Shown here piece after piece: positions 55,701-64,000 of a stretch of 64,000 bases of DNA. A model generated the notes under the pieces. The model was given only the letters and a program-made list of their open reading frames with translations, had not been told where the DNA came from and searched no databases. Both the position numbers and the translations under genes were made by a program. Location: assembly GCA_041690135.1 (NCBI GenBank), contig JAWLHY010000001.1, forward strand, positions 1,284,865 to 1,348,864. Reading direction: 5' to 3'. The stretch comes from Armatimonadota bacterium (GTDB lineage: Bacteria; Armatimonadota; SYMT01). Every line of letters starts with the position of its first letter. Position 1 is the first letter of the stretch.

Positions 55701-56618
55701 ATGGGTTCCGAGGTTGGCCCCGTTCAAGCCCTGGCAATCCTGCTTGGGTTGTTCTTTGCGTTGGGCGACCTGGCTATCCTCGTTTACCTGATTGCGCGTC
55801 CGGCGGCACGACGACTGCTTACCCGGCCGTGGAGTCCTCTGGATCTGTTCCTGGGCATCCAACTGGTGTTCGGGAGCGTGATCCTGGTGGCGTTCGTCGC
55901 GCTGATGGGGATTGCCCGGGTCTACCCGGACATGGCGGTGACGTTCTCCCGGTTCAAACCCGTGGTGACGTTCTTTGCGCTATTCTTGCCGGTAATGCTC
56001 CTTCAGCAGGTGGCGCTCCTACTGGTCCCGATAGGCTTCGTCCGGCTCAAGTACCGCACCTCCCTCACGGCATTGGGGCTCCGGAAGACCGCCGTCTCCA
56101 CGGCACGCCTGCTGGTGACCGGTGCGGCGTTGGCAGTCCTGATCCTGCCACTCAGCGACCTCCTGGATACGCTGCTCCGAAGGTGGCTGATCGAATCCGG
56201 GCAGTTCCCGTTTGCCGAGCAATTGCGCGCGCTGGGTCGCGGGGTGAGCATGCTCGAATACCTGGACGGGATCCGGCAGCATGTCCCCGCCCTGGTTCTC
56301 ATGTGCCTGCTGGCCGGCATCGCCGCGCCGGTCGCGGAAGAGGTGTTCTTCCGCGGGTTCGCCTACCGAATTCTCAAGCAGCGGTTTGGCGTGCGAGGAG
56401 CAATCGTCAGCAGCGCGCTCTTGTTCGCGGCCATTCACGTTGACCCGGTGAGCCAGGTGCCGATTTTCTTTATCGGCATTGTCCTGGCGTGGCTCTATGA
56501 GAGGACAGGGAGCCTCGCCGCCCCGGTCGGGCTCCACTGTGCGAACAACCTGCTGACGTTGCTGTTTTACCTGCTGGCTCCACAGTTCCGTTTCTGGGAC
56601 GGTTGGCTGCGCTGGTAG
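55701..56618 (+). CDS. CPBP-family intramembrane metalloprotease (CAAX/Abi)
   Basis: EEVFFRG..., FAAIHV and HCANN motifs across TM helices. Confidence 0.8.
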   Translation: MGSEVGPVQALAILLGLFFALGDLAILVYLIARPAARRLLTRPWSPLDLFLGIQLVFGSVILVAFVALMGIARVYPDMAVTFSRFKPVVTFFALFLPVMLLQQVALLLVPIGFVRLKYRTSLTALGLRKTAVSTARLLVTGAALAVLILPLSDLLDTLLRRWLIESGQFPFAEQLRALGRGVSMLEYLDGIRQHVPALVLMCLLAGIAAPVAEEVFFRGFAYRILKQRFGVRGAIVSSALLFAAIHVDPVSQVPIFFIGIVLAWLYERTGSLAAPVGLHCANNLLTLLFYLLAPQFRFWDGWLRW

Positions 56619-56630
56619 CCTGGCGACGGA

Positions 56631-57704
56631 CTATTCCGCCTCGGGATAGGAACCGAGGATCCGTGTGAACAGGGTGTGCGCTTCAAAGTCGGCGAGCGCG
56701 CGCCCTAGCGGAGACTCCTCTCCCTCGGCCTCATGCCCCTGGACGTCCACAAAGAAGACGTATTCCCAGGGAGTTTGTTTCGTGGGGCGGGACTCGATGA
56801 AGGTCAACGAGACACCGTTCTCGGAGAGGGACGACAACGCGCGGACGAGTGCCCCCGGCCGGTGCGGGACGGAGAACATCAGACTGGTCTTGTCCCTTCC
56901 GGAGGGTGCGGGCCGAAGCTGGCCGACCACCCAGAAGCGGGTGCGGTTGCGAGGATTATCCTCGATATGCTCCGCCAGGATACCCAGGCCGTACTGCTCC
57001 GCGGCCGCCAGATTGGCGATGGCGCCGGCCTCGGGATCGTTCGCGGCCAACGCAGCTCCCCGAGCCGTGGTCGTGGTTTCCACCATCTCCACGTGGCCCA
57101 GGTGGCGGTTGATCCAGTCCCGGCATTGCGCGGTCGCCTGGAACATCGTGTAAACCCGCCGTACGCTCTCCAGGGAAGGCGCATTCGAGAGCAGGTTATG
57201 CTGGATCGGGACATAGATTTCGGAGCAGATGCGGAGGTCGCACCGCAGGAACATGTCGAGGCTGGGCGCGACGACACCCTCGGTGGAGTTTTCCACCGGT
57301 ATCACGCCAAAGTCCGCAGCGCCGCGCTCGACTTGGGCGAAGACTTCCGCGATGGAGCCCGTTTCCAGGAACTGCACCTGGCTTCCGAAGCGCCGCCGAG
57401 CCGCCACGTGCGTGTTGCTGGCGGGAGGTCCCCAGTAGGCGACCGTGAGGGGACGTTCGAGAGCCCGGCACGCGGAGATGATCTCCCGGTAAATCGCCTG
57501 GATGGCGCCGGCCTCCAACGGCCCCGCGCTCGCGGCGGCGACCCGTTCCAGGACCTGCCGCTCGCGCTCGGGCGCGTAGGCGGGGCGGTCCGTCTTTTCT
57601 TTTGCCTCTCCGATCCGGCGCGCGCACTCGGCCCGTTCGTTGACCAGGCGAACGATTTCCTGGTCCAGCGCGTCGATGCGCCGTCGGTAATCACTGATTT
57701 CCAT
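56631..57704 (-). CDS. pheA: Bifunctional chorismate mutase / prephenate dehydratase
   Basis: N-terminal AroQ chorismate-mutase helix region, a PDT domain and an ACT domain. Confidence 0.92.
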   Translation of the reverse strand: MEISDYRRRIDALDQEIVRLVNERAECARRIGEAKEKTDRPAYAPERERQVLERVAAASAGPLEAGAIQAIYREIISACRALERPLTVAYWGPPASNTHVAARRRFGSQVQFLETGSIAEVFAQVERGAADFGVIPVENSTEGVVAPSLDMFLRCDLRICSEIYVPIQHNLLSNAPSLESVRRVYTMFQATAQCRDWINRHLGHVEMVETTTTARGAALAANDPEAGAIANLAAAEQYGLGILAEHIEDNPRNRTRFWVVGQLRPAPSGRDKTSLMFSVPHRPGALVRALSSLSENGVSLTFIESRPTKQTPWEYVFFVDVQGHEAEGEESPLGRALADFEAHTLFTRILGSYPEAE

Positions 57705-57923
57705 GCATCCGACCTGAGATAAAGTGGATTGCCCGTTTGGAAGTCACGCGCGCCCGCGCGCAGAGTTGTCGCGCTCGGGTAGCGGTGCTGGGCATAGTTA
57801 GTTTTCGCCGGGAAAGGTCACCATTCCTCGCCGAGCGCCCGGGTCATTCGGGGCCCGGCGTGGGCGTTCCGCGACGGTCCGCCCCCAGCGATTTCGGGTG
57901 GCTTCCCGGAGGAGTAATCGTAT

Positions 57924-58790
57924 ATGGCAAATGGGTGGTTCCGCAAGCGAAAAGAAGAACCGAGGAACGTTCCGGAGGGGCTCTTCACCCAATGCAATAA
58001 ATGCCGTGAGCAGTTATTCACACGGGAATGGGAGCGCAATCTCAAGGTCTGCATGAAGTGCGGACATCATCATCGCTTCTCCGCCCGCGAGCGAATCGAG
58101 CTTCTCATCGATGCGGGTGCCTTCCACGAACTCGACGCGAACCTGGCCTCCAACAACCCACTGGATTTTCCCGGCTATGCGGAGTCCCTGGAGCGCAACC
58201 GCACAAAAACCGGCATGACGGATGCGATCGTGAGCGGGGCGGGGACGCTCGAAGGCATTCCGCTGACGATTTCCGTCACGGATGCCAACTTCATGATGGG
58301 CAGCATGGGAAGTGTCGTGGGCGAGCGTATCGCGCGGGCCGTCGAACACGCCACCGAGCGGCGTATCCCCACGGTGTTGGTGTCCGGCACCGGTGGCGGC
58401 GCCCGGATGCACGAAGGGTTGCTCTCCTTGATGCAGATGGCGAAGACCAGCGCCGCCATTGCCCGGCACCATGCCGCCGGGTTGATGACGGTGGTTGTGC
58501 TGACTGAGCCATCGATGGCGGGGGTGCTCGCCAGTTGGGGCTCCCTGGGCGATATCATTCTTGCGGAGCCGGGGGCGATGATCGGGTTCGTGGGTCAGCG
58601 CGTCTCCCAACAGGCCAACGTGAGCAAGGTGCCGGCGGACTTCCAGACGGCGGAGTTCCAGTTGGCGCATGGCCAGGTAGACGTTATTGTCCCTCGCAAG
58701 GATCTCAAGGCGACCCTGGCGAGAATGTTCCAGTTCGCCGGCACTCCGCGGGTCGTTACGAGCGACCCCGTAGCGGCAGTTACGGCTTAG
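57924..58790 (+). CDS. accD: Acetyl-CoA carboxylase carboxyltransferase subunit beta
   Basis: N-terminal zinc ribbon CNKCREQ...CMKCGHH. GGAGGAG RBS. Confidence 0.95.
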   Translation: MANGWFRKRKEEPRNVPEGLFTQCNKCREQLFTREWERNLKVCMKCGHHHRFSARERIELLIDAGAFHELDANLASNNPLDFPGYAESLERNRTKTGMTDAIVSGAGTLEGIPLTISVTDANFMMGSMGSVVGERIARAVEHATERRIPTVLVSGTGGGARMHEGLLSLMQMAKTSAAIARHHAAGLMTVVVLTEPSMAGVLASWGSLGDIILAEPGAMIGFVGQRVSQQANVSKVPADFQTAEFQLAHGQVDVIVPRKDLKATLARMFQFAGTPRVVTSDPVAAVTA

Positions 58791-58807
58791 GCAACGAAAG
58801 GTACAAG

Positions 58808-59785
58808 ATGGCGAGTTTTGAGGACTTCGAGCGGGCCATTTCGGAACTCGAAGGCCAGATCGAAAAGCTCAAGCGCCTTACCCGGGAACAGAACATCGAT
58901 CGGAGTGCGGACATTGCGGAGCTTGAAGCCCAGGTCCAGCGACTGCTGACCGATTTCTACACGCGTCCGTCCGGCTGGATGCGGACGCGGATTGCCCGGA
59001 ACCCCAAGCGACCCTTTACGCTGGACTTCATCCGGATGGTGTTCCAGGAGTTCCAGGAGCTCCACGGCGATCGCTGTTTCGGCGATGACGGCGCAATGGT
59101 CGGCGGGCTGGCTCGTCTCAACGAAGACTGGGTGGTCGTGGTCGGACAGCAGAAGGGCCGCGACGCACAGGAGCGCCACCGGCGCAACTTCGGGATGGCG
59201 CGTCCCGAAGGCTATCGCAAAGCCCTGCGCTTGATGAAACTGGCGGAAAAGTTCCACCGCCCGATCATCTGCTTCATCGACACGCCGGCCGCCGACTGTA
59301 CCGTGCCGAGCGAGGAACGCGGCATCAGCGAGGCGATTGCGCACAACTTGCAGGAGATGTTCTTGCTGCGCGTGCCCATTATCGTGGTGATTCTCGGCGA
59401 AGGCGGCAGTGGTGGAGCCATCGGGATTGGCGTGGGCGACCGGGTGCTCATGTTCGAACACGCCATTTACTCGGTCATCCCGCCGGAAGGGTGTGCGGCC
59501 ATCATCTGGAAGGACGCAAAGCGCGGTGAGGAGGCGGCGGAAGCGCTCCAGTTGACCGCCGAGGACGCGGTGCGATTTGGCGCTGTTGATGAAATTGTTC
59601 CGGAGCCTCTGGGCGGTGCCCATCGCGACCCGGATGCGGCCGGCCGGGAATTACGGGCCGCCCTGGAGCGGCATCTGGCGGAACTGACATCACTGGCATC
59701 GGATACGTTGACCGGCACGCGTTACGCGCGGTTTCGGCGACTGGGCGAGTTCGTCGAACTCTCCACGGGTACAGCGGCAAGTTAA
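58808..59785 (+). CDS. accA: Acetyl-CoA carboxylase carboxyltransferase subunit alpha
   Basis: Start MASFEDFE, 17 nt after accD (GAAAGG RBS), with a crotonase-fold body. The long upstream ORF extension is rejected. Confidence 0.95.
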   Translation: MASFEDFERAISELEGQIEKLKRLTREQNIDRSADIAELEAQVQRLLTDFYTRPSGWMRTRIARNPKRPFTLDFIRMVFQEFQELHGDRCFGDDGAMVGGLARLNEDWVVVVGQQKGRDAQERHRRNFGMARPEGYRKALRLMKLAEKFHRPIICFIDTPAADCTVPSEERGISEAIAHNLQEMFLLRVPIIVVILGEGGSGGAIGIGVGDRVLMFEHAIYSVIPPEGCAAIIWKDAKRGEEAAEALQLTAEDAVRFGAVDEIVPEPLGGAHRDPDAAGRELRAALERHLAELTSLASDTLTGTRYARFRRLGEFVELSTGTAAS

Positions 59786-59834
59786 GGATTGCATTCGGCA
59801 AGAGGCCCAACTTCCACACCATTGGGAGCAAACA

Positions 59835-59877
59835 AAAGCGAGCGGGGGAAGGCATTACGCCTTCCCCCGCTCGCTTT
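59835..59877. terminator. Bidirectional hairpin between convergent accA and the sigma factor gene (19-bp perfect stem, 5-nt loop)
   Basis: AAAGCGAGCGGGGGAAGGC-ATTAC-GCCTTCCCCCGCTCGCTTT, flanked by A/T-rich sequence on both sides. Confidence 0.6.
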
Positions 59878-59898
59878 CCAAATATTCGAAGACGTTTT

Positions 59899-60759
59899 TC
59901 AGCAGGCGCCCACCGCCTCGGCCGCATTCTCTTCATCTTCGGCTTTCGGCAAAGTTTCGGGGAAGAAAAGGCCGTGCTGGCGCGCCATAAATCCGGAAAG
60001 ACGGCTGATGGCCTGCGCGTGGAGTTGATGTGCCCGACTTTCACTCCGTCCCAGGTGCTTCGCGATCTGCTTGAGCGTCCAGCCCTCATAGTAATAGTAG
60101 ATGACGACGGTGCGCTCCTGGAGCGGCAGCCAACTGATGCAACGCATCATCAGCGACTTTTGGCTCTCCACGATCGCCATTGTGTCGGGGTCCGGCTCCT
60201 TGCTCTTGACGGACTCGAGCACCACCAGCGGATCGAGGTCCTCGTGCTCGGAGTCACCCACCACGTCTTCGAGCGAGACCACCTGAAGCACGTTGGCTTC
60301 ATAGTAGAGCTGGTAGAAGGCGTCAATCGGCATGTCCAGGTGCCTGGCCATATCGGCATCCGCTACGTGCTGGACGCCGGTAGTGAGCATGAGCTCTTCT
60401 TCCGCCCGGTGGAGGAGCTTCTGTTTGGTCCGGACGCTACGGGGTACCCAATCTTCCCGTCGAAGATACTCGAGCATTGCGCCACGGATCATGGAAATTG
60501 CATACGACTCGAATTTCACCTTGCGGCGCGGGTCGAAATGATCGACGGCCTTCACCAGTGCGATGAGACCTTCTTGTTCAAGATCCTCCGCTGCAATCTT
60601 CACGGGGACGGTGGGGATGATGCGCTGTCGCGTCTTGGTGATCAGGTAGGTGTAATGTTCAATGATGGTGTCGCGGGCGCGGAGCGATCCTCGCTCCTTG
60701 AACTCGCGCCAGAGACGGGCAAGCGTGGCAAGCAGTTCAGCGGAGGTTCGTCTGGACAT
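59899..60759 (-). CDS. RNA polymerase sigma factor, sigma-70 family group 3 (FliA/WhiG/SigB-like)
   Basis: Regions 2, 3 and 4 are recognisable (LIALVKAVDHFDPRRKVKFESYAISMIRGAML; C-terminal HTH WTLKQIAKHLGRSESRAHQLHAQA). Confidence 0.85.
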   Translation of the reverse strand: MSRRTSAELLATLARLWREFKERGSLRARDTIIEHYTYLITKTRQRIIPTVPVKIAAEDLEQEGLIALVKAVDHFDPRRKVKFESYAISMIRGAMLEYLRREDWVPRSVRTKQKLLHRAEEELMLTTGVQHVADADMARHLDMPIDAFYQLYYEANVLQVVSLEDVVGDSEHEDLDPLVVLESVKSKEPDPDTMAIVESQKSLMMRCISWLPLQERTVVIYYYYEGWTLKQIAKHLGRSESRAHQLHAQAISRLSGFMARQHGLFFPETLPKAEDEENAAEAVGAC

Positions 60760-61533
60760 GGGGCACTGACCTTTTCTCTCGCTTCGACGAAATAGGTGTC
60801 TCCGGTAAGGGTGGGCTTTCCGGTACCGGGGGGCACGCTTAAGAATTACGAACTAGATATATGTGTGGGTAAGGGTCTAACAAAAACTCGGTAATGGGAC
60901 CGTCGGATGTTGCTTGCTCCTGGAGCAGCCAAGCCAGGCCACAAAACCAGGATCCTCAGCTTGTTAGAGTGGTAGAGAGGGTCCTGCGCTGGGGGCGCGA
61001 CCGAGTTAGGAACCTTTCCTGCCGATCCGGATCGGAACTTGCCCGGAACCGGAGGGCATCGGCCTTCACTTCCCTGTGGGATGAGGGAGAACGCCGTGAC
61101 GAGCGAAAGTTCGTCGTGACGGCCGTCTCTTCCTGCCACATTCTGACACGTTTTTCTGGGGTATGCAGGTTCAAGGTGGAAGGAGATCCATCAGCCGTAA
61201 AACGCATCGTTTCGTACATGGCTGCCATTTGATAGGTCCTGCAGGGCCGTGTGGATGAACACCCTACGTGCTGTTGCGCCGGGGGGAGGGAAGGATTAAG
61301 TCCGCTTGGCATATGTTATCAGATCTGACCGTGGCGCGGGGTTGAAGGTTCCCCACTCCGGTGTACTTTCCAACCATTAGCCACCCGCCCCTTTCCACAC
61401 TCCATCCATGTGCGTAGTGGGCAGGTCGTTCTTGCGGTGTGACGGCGGCTGGGGGAGCTGGACGTCACCGATCAAACCTTCGCCGGAAGAGCGAAACGGT
61501 GTCAAAAAGTGTCAGACCGCTTTGCCACGGCAT

Positions 61534-61562
61534 AAAAAAACGGCAATCCAGGGGGATTGCCG
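61534..61562 (-). terminator. Rho-independent terminator of tRNA-Arg
   Basis: Minus strand reads CGGCAATCC-CCCT-GGATTGCCG followed by TTTTTTT. Confidence 0.8.
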
Positions 61563-61580
61563 TTCTCGCATTCCAAAATA

Positions 61581-61654
61581 CGCGCCCGGAGGGACTCGAA
61601 CCCCCGGCCTACAGGTCCGCAACCTGTCGCTCTAATCCGCTGAGCTACGGGCGC
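61581..61654 (-). tRNA. tRNA-Arg with anticodon GCG as read
   Basis: Minus-strand cloverleaf: GCGCCCG-TA-GCTC-AGCGGATTA-GAGC-G-ACAGG-TTGCGGA-CCTGT-AGGCC-GGGGG-TTCGAGT-CCCTC-CGGGCGC-G. Confidence 0.85.
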
Positions 61655-61671
61655 ATCTCAAGTGCAGGCAG

Positions 61672-61700
61672 AGTATAGCATCGCGTCGGAGGGGTGTCAA
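61672..61700 (-). promoter_or_regulatory. Sigma70-like promoter for tRNA-Arg (TTGACA-N17-TATACT)
   Basis: Minus strand TTGACA (61700-61695) and TATACT (61677-61672). The tRNA 5' end lies 17 nt downstream. Confidence 0.5.
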
Positions 61701-61821
61701 TAGCCTTTGGTGTCTCCGGTGCGGGCATTTTTGGTAGGGTCCTACGGCCGTGCAAAAATGACCGCCGCGGGGGGCGGCGCGGTGGCGTGATCGCTCCACG
61801 CGCCGCGTTGCCGAGGCGCGA

Positions 61822-62856
61822 TCAGGCCGGTCGGGTCCGGAAGTTGACCCAGGTGTGCACGTGGGGAGCGCCGCGGAAATGCCAGACGAGCGTGGGCCCT
61901 TCCAGCCGCCAGATGTCCCACTCCCGGTCGTTTCCGAGGTCTTCATTCCGGTAGAAGGAGAGGTGGACCGTCTCCAGTCCCCCATTCGCCTGGAGAGCGG
62001 CCATGGCCTCGCGAACGTCCGGTTCCCGGTAGGGTGCGAGCAGCTTCTGCATCACTTTCCCCACTAACTCTCGCTGATCCCGCGATAGCTCACCCGCCGC
62101 GACACCGGCAAATCCGTTCTTCTTGAGACGTATCGAGCTTTCCGCGGGTGCCATCGGGAGGAGCGCCTTCTCGCGCTGCTTGCCGTCCAGGGCCTGGAAA
62201 ACCTCATTCGCCACCTGGGTCTGGTAGTAAAAGAGGTTGGCCTTTTCGTTTCCGGTGGCCCCATGGCCATAGATGACCGGCCCGCCGAACACCGCGTCGG
62301 GAAGGGTGTTCCCATCCGCCCGCAGCGTGAGGTGCCGCCCGGTCAACAACCAGGAAGGGGTGCCGCCTTCGGGTGTGCCGAACAGCGCGCAGCTAAAGTG
62401 CTCGAGCCCGCCGGAGTCATCCTTCATCTGCCGGAGGAAGAGGTCGTAGCCCTCTTCGGAGGTCACCCCCCGCACGATTTCATGGATGATCCGTTGCTGT
62501 TCGGGCGTGTAAAGCTGGCCGATCTGTTGCGGGATCACGTGCCAGTTAGCGCCCGCGCGCGTGAGCCGCGGATCCGTGGCGGGAAGGAACGCCACCTTCT
62601 TCTGTTCGGCCGTCAGGCTTTCCAATAGCCGCTTTACGGAGGCTTCGGCGGGTGGGACCTTGGTCCCCTTGGCTACCGGCTCCGCGGCGTGGGCACGGGG
62701 CCAACCGGCGATCCCGCCGGCGGCCGCGGCCAGGGCGGTCGCCCCTGCACCCAGGATCAGTTTGCGCCGACCCGGGTTTGGCTCGCACTCTGGGCAAGTA
62801 TTCTTCGAGACGTCTCTGTCCATGATCTTTCTCCAGCTTCCGGCCTGGGCAGGCAC
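61822..62856 (-). CDS. Hypothetical exported protein (Tat-like RRKLIL leader; DUF3500-like?)
   Basis: N-terminal GRRKLILGAGATALAAAAG leader and a protein-like body. The domain assignment is uncertain. Confidence 0.7.
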   Translation of the reverse strand: MPAQAGSWRKIMDRDVSKNTCPECEPNPGRRKLILGAGATALAAAAGGIAGWPRAHAAEPVAKGTKVPPAEASVKRLLESLTAEQKKVAFLPATDPRLTRAGANWHVIPQQIGQLYTPEQQRIIHEIVRGVTSEEGYDLFLRQMKDDSGGLEHFSCALFGTPEGGTPSWLLTGRHLTLRADGNTLPDAVFGGPVIYGHGATGNEKANLFYYQTQVANEVFQALDGKQREKALLPMAPAESSIRLKKNGFAGVAAGELSRDQRELVGKVMQKLLAPYREPDVREAMAALQANGGLETVHLSFYRNEDLGNDREWDIWRLEGPTLVWHFRGAPHVHTWVNFRTRPA

Positions 62857-62953
62857 AACTGCTTGGGGAGGTGAGAGCCCGCGGCGGGTCCCGGACCGGA
62901 CAGCCGTCGAGCCCTTTCACGGATGAGACAGCACAGGGTGCTCGGGGTTTCGC

Positions 62954-64000
62954 CTACTCCACCCTGGCTCCGGCATCGATCCAGGCTCGTAGCAGGGCGA
63001 GTTGTTCCCGGGTAGGTTCGCGGTCGGGGGGCATCCGGGGGTTGCGATCTCCCGTCATCGTCAAGTAGAACAGGCTTTCTCCGCTGTTTCCAGGCACCAG
63101 GGCCGGCCCACGGTTTCCACCGGCCAGTAGCCGCTCCCGGGTCTCGACAGAGAAGCCGCTAAGTGCCCGCCCATCCTTGTGGCAGGAGAGACAGTTCGCT
63201 TCAAGAAACGGCTTCACATCCCTGCGGTAGTTGACGGTACGACCGGCGGGAATGACGCGGACGACCTGGCCCGGTTTCAGAGGCGCCAGTGGGCCCCGTA
63301 GGTCGAGTAGGTTGCCGCCGGAGCCCGTCGAGGCCTTTTGTACCTGGACCAGCGCTCCGGCGGCATCACGAGGAGCCTCGACGGGCACTATGCGGACCTT
63401 TGCCATCGGGTTGAGTTGTTGAGGCCAGCCTGCGAAATCGGGAAACAATTGGAGCTTGCCGCTGGTGCCGGTAACATCCTTCACATACGCCGGCGCGCCC
63501 TCCACATTGGCCCGTGCGATCATCCGAAGGGTTTGCTGCCTCTGAAACCGCGCAAGCGTTGCTGCGTCCAGTACCTCCCGCGCCATGCGAGGAGCATTCC
63601 CTCGGTATCCGCTATTGACCCACACCTTCGTTCCAGGCGCAACTTTGAACACGTACACCGGGTTCTCGTTCAACACCAGGCGGGTATCCCGCCCATATTC
63701 CAGGGTCAGGCGGTCCGGCAGCGCCTCCCTTTTCTCCACCTGAATACGTTCGGCGGTTAAGGTGTAATTGAGGGTATCCTGGCCGACGATCCGGTAACAC
63801 TGGCCGCTTTGCACCTGCTGGGAGATCTCATCTCGCATTTCGAGTAGATAGCTCGATGCGGGATGGGGCGCCTGATCGTTCCTGCCCGCCAGGGTCAACA
63901 GCACGCGCTCGCCGGCCGGGAAGTCTTCGGCTGCCGCGCCAGGCTCGCCGAAGCGCCAGAGGGAGGCATAAGGGAGAAACCGAAAGCGGTAAGTTTTCCG
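62954..64000 (-). CDS. Protein with C-terminal PSCyt-type c-type cytochrome domain (CxxCH); N-terminus lies beyond the window
   Basis: CLSCHKDG heme-binding motif plus the ...LYLTMTGD..MPP..LTREQLALLRAWIDAGA pattern. The frame stays open upstream of the first GTG to the window edge. Confidence 0.6.
   Translation of the reverse strand, partial: RKTYRFRFLPYASLWRFGEPGAAAEDFPAGERVLLTLAGRNDQAPHPASSYLLEMRDEISQQVQSGQCYRIVGQDTLNYTLTAERIQVEKREALPDRLTLEYGRDTRLVLNENPVYVFKVAPGTKVWVNSGYRGNAPRMAREVLDAATLARFQRQQTLRMIARANVEGAPAYVKDVTGTSGKLQLFPDFAGWPQQLNPMAKVRIVPVEAPRDAAGALVQVQKASTGSGGNLLDLRGPLAPLKPGQVVRVIPAGRTVNYRRDVKPFLEANCLSCHKDGRALSGFSVETRERLLAGGNRGPALVPGNSGESLFYLTMTGDRNPRMPPDREPTREQLALLRAWIDAGARVE

Noticed and set aside
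58535-58807. N-terminal extension of accA (416-aa ORF)
   Set aside because: The extension overlaps the accD 3' end in another frame. The canonical AccA start MASFEDFE has an RBS 17 nt after the accD stop.
60894-61312. Overlapping ORFs of 112 aa (+) and 118 aa (-) in the sigma-factor upstream gap
   Set aside because: Ser/Arg/Pro-rich compositions, no RBS and no recognisable homology. The region was kept as a candidate non-coding gap instead.
61800-61830. SRP-RNA-like GGGUCCGGAAG segment
   Set aside because: Only a short partial match to the domain IV motif, with no flanking helix. It lies inside the N-terminal coding region of the 61822-62856 gene.

Overview
High-GC (~65%) bacterial chromosomal segment carrying about 60 protein genes, two tRNAs and several repeat elements. 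Family content points to a Planctomycetes/Verrucomicrobia-like or related soil lineage: a prepilin-type DUF1559 (H-X9-DG) protein, a Tat-signal DUF1501 protein and a PSCyt-type CxxCH cytochrome-domain protein. Most of the window is housekeeping. Recognisable genes include a P-type ATPase, a Kef-type antiporter, Fur, tRNA-Gln followed by glnS, pfk/pfkB, hpf, panE, cysC, fpg, tatD, mtaB, HIT, rpsU, the 7TM-HD/ybeY/dgkA/corC operon, an L-Ala-D/L-Glu-epimerase-like gene beside dacB, rqcH, rpiB, pheA, accD/accA, a group-3 sigma factor and a ParDE toxin-antitoxin pair. The best candidate for something new is a compact operon at 13.3-16.6 kb, divergent from the Fur-family gene: an acyl-CoA-dehydrogenase-fold flavoenzyme, a signal-less PhnD/SsuA-like binding protein and a TusA-like::diiron (two ExxH) fusion. 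It looks like a small-molecule oxidation or organosulfur module rather than beta-oxidation. Other points worth a second look: an ankyrin-repeat gene cluster with decayed ankyrin fragments (2.2-5.4 kb); a 6-phosphofructokinase with PPi-type signature residues; an Nramp-fold transporter lacking the canonical DPGN/MPH metal-site motifs; a ~585-bp intergenic composite repeat with inverted terminal triplet repeats and internal tandem units, plus dispersed hexamer microsatellites; a DgkA::PAP2 fusion; divergent genes whose start codons overlap (CCATGCAT); a tRNA-Arg with an unusual GCG anticodon; and a 770-bp gene-free gap with a 38%-GC patch upstream of the sigma factor gene. Coordinates I counted by hand (RNA genes, hairpins, repeats) may be off by 1-2 nt.
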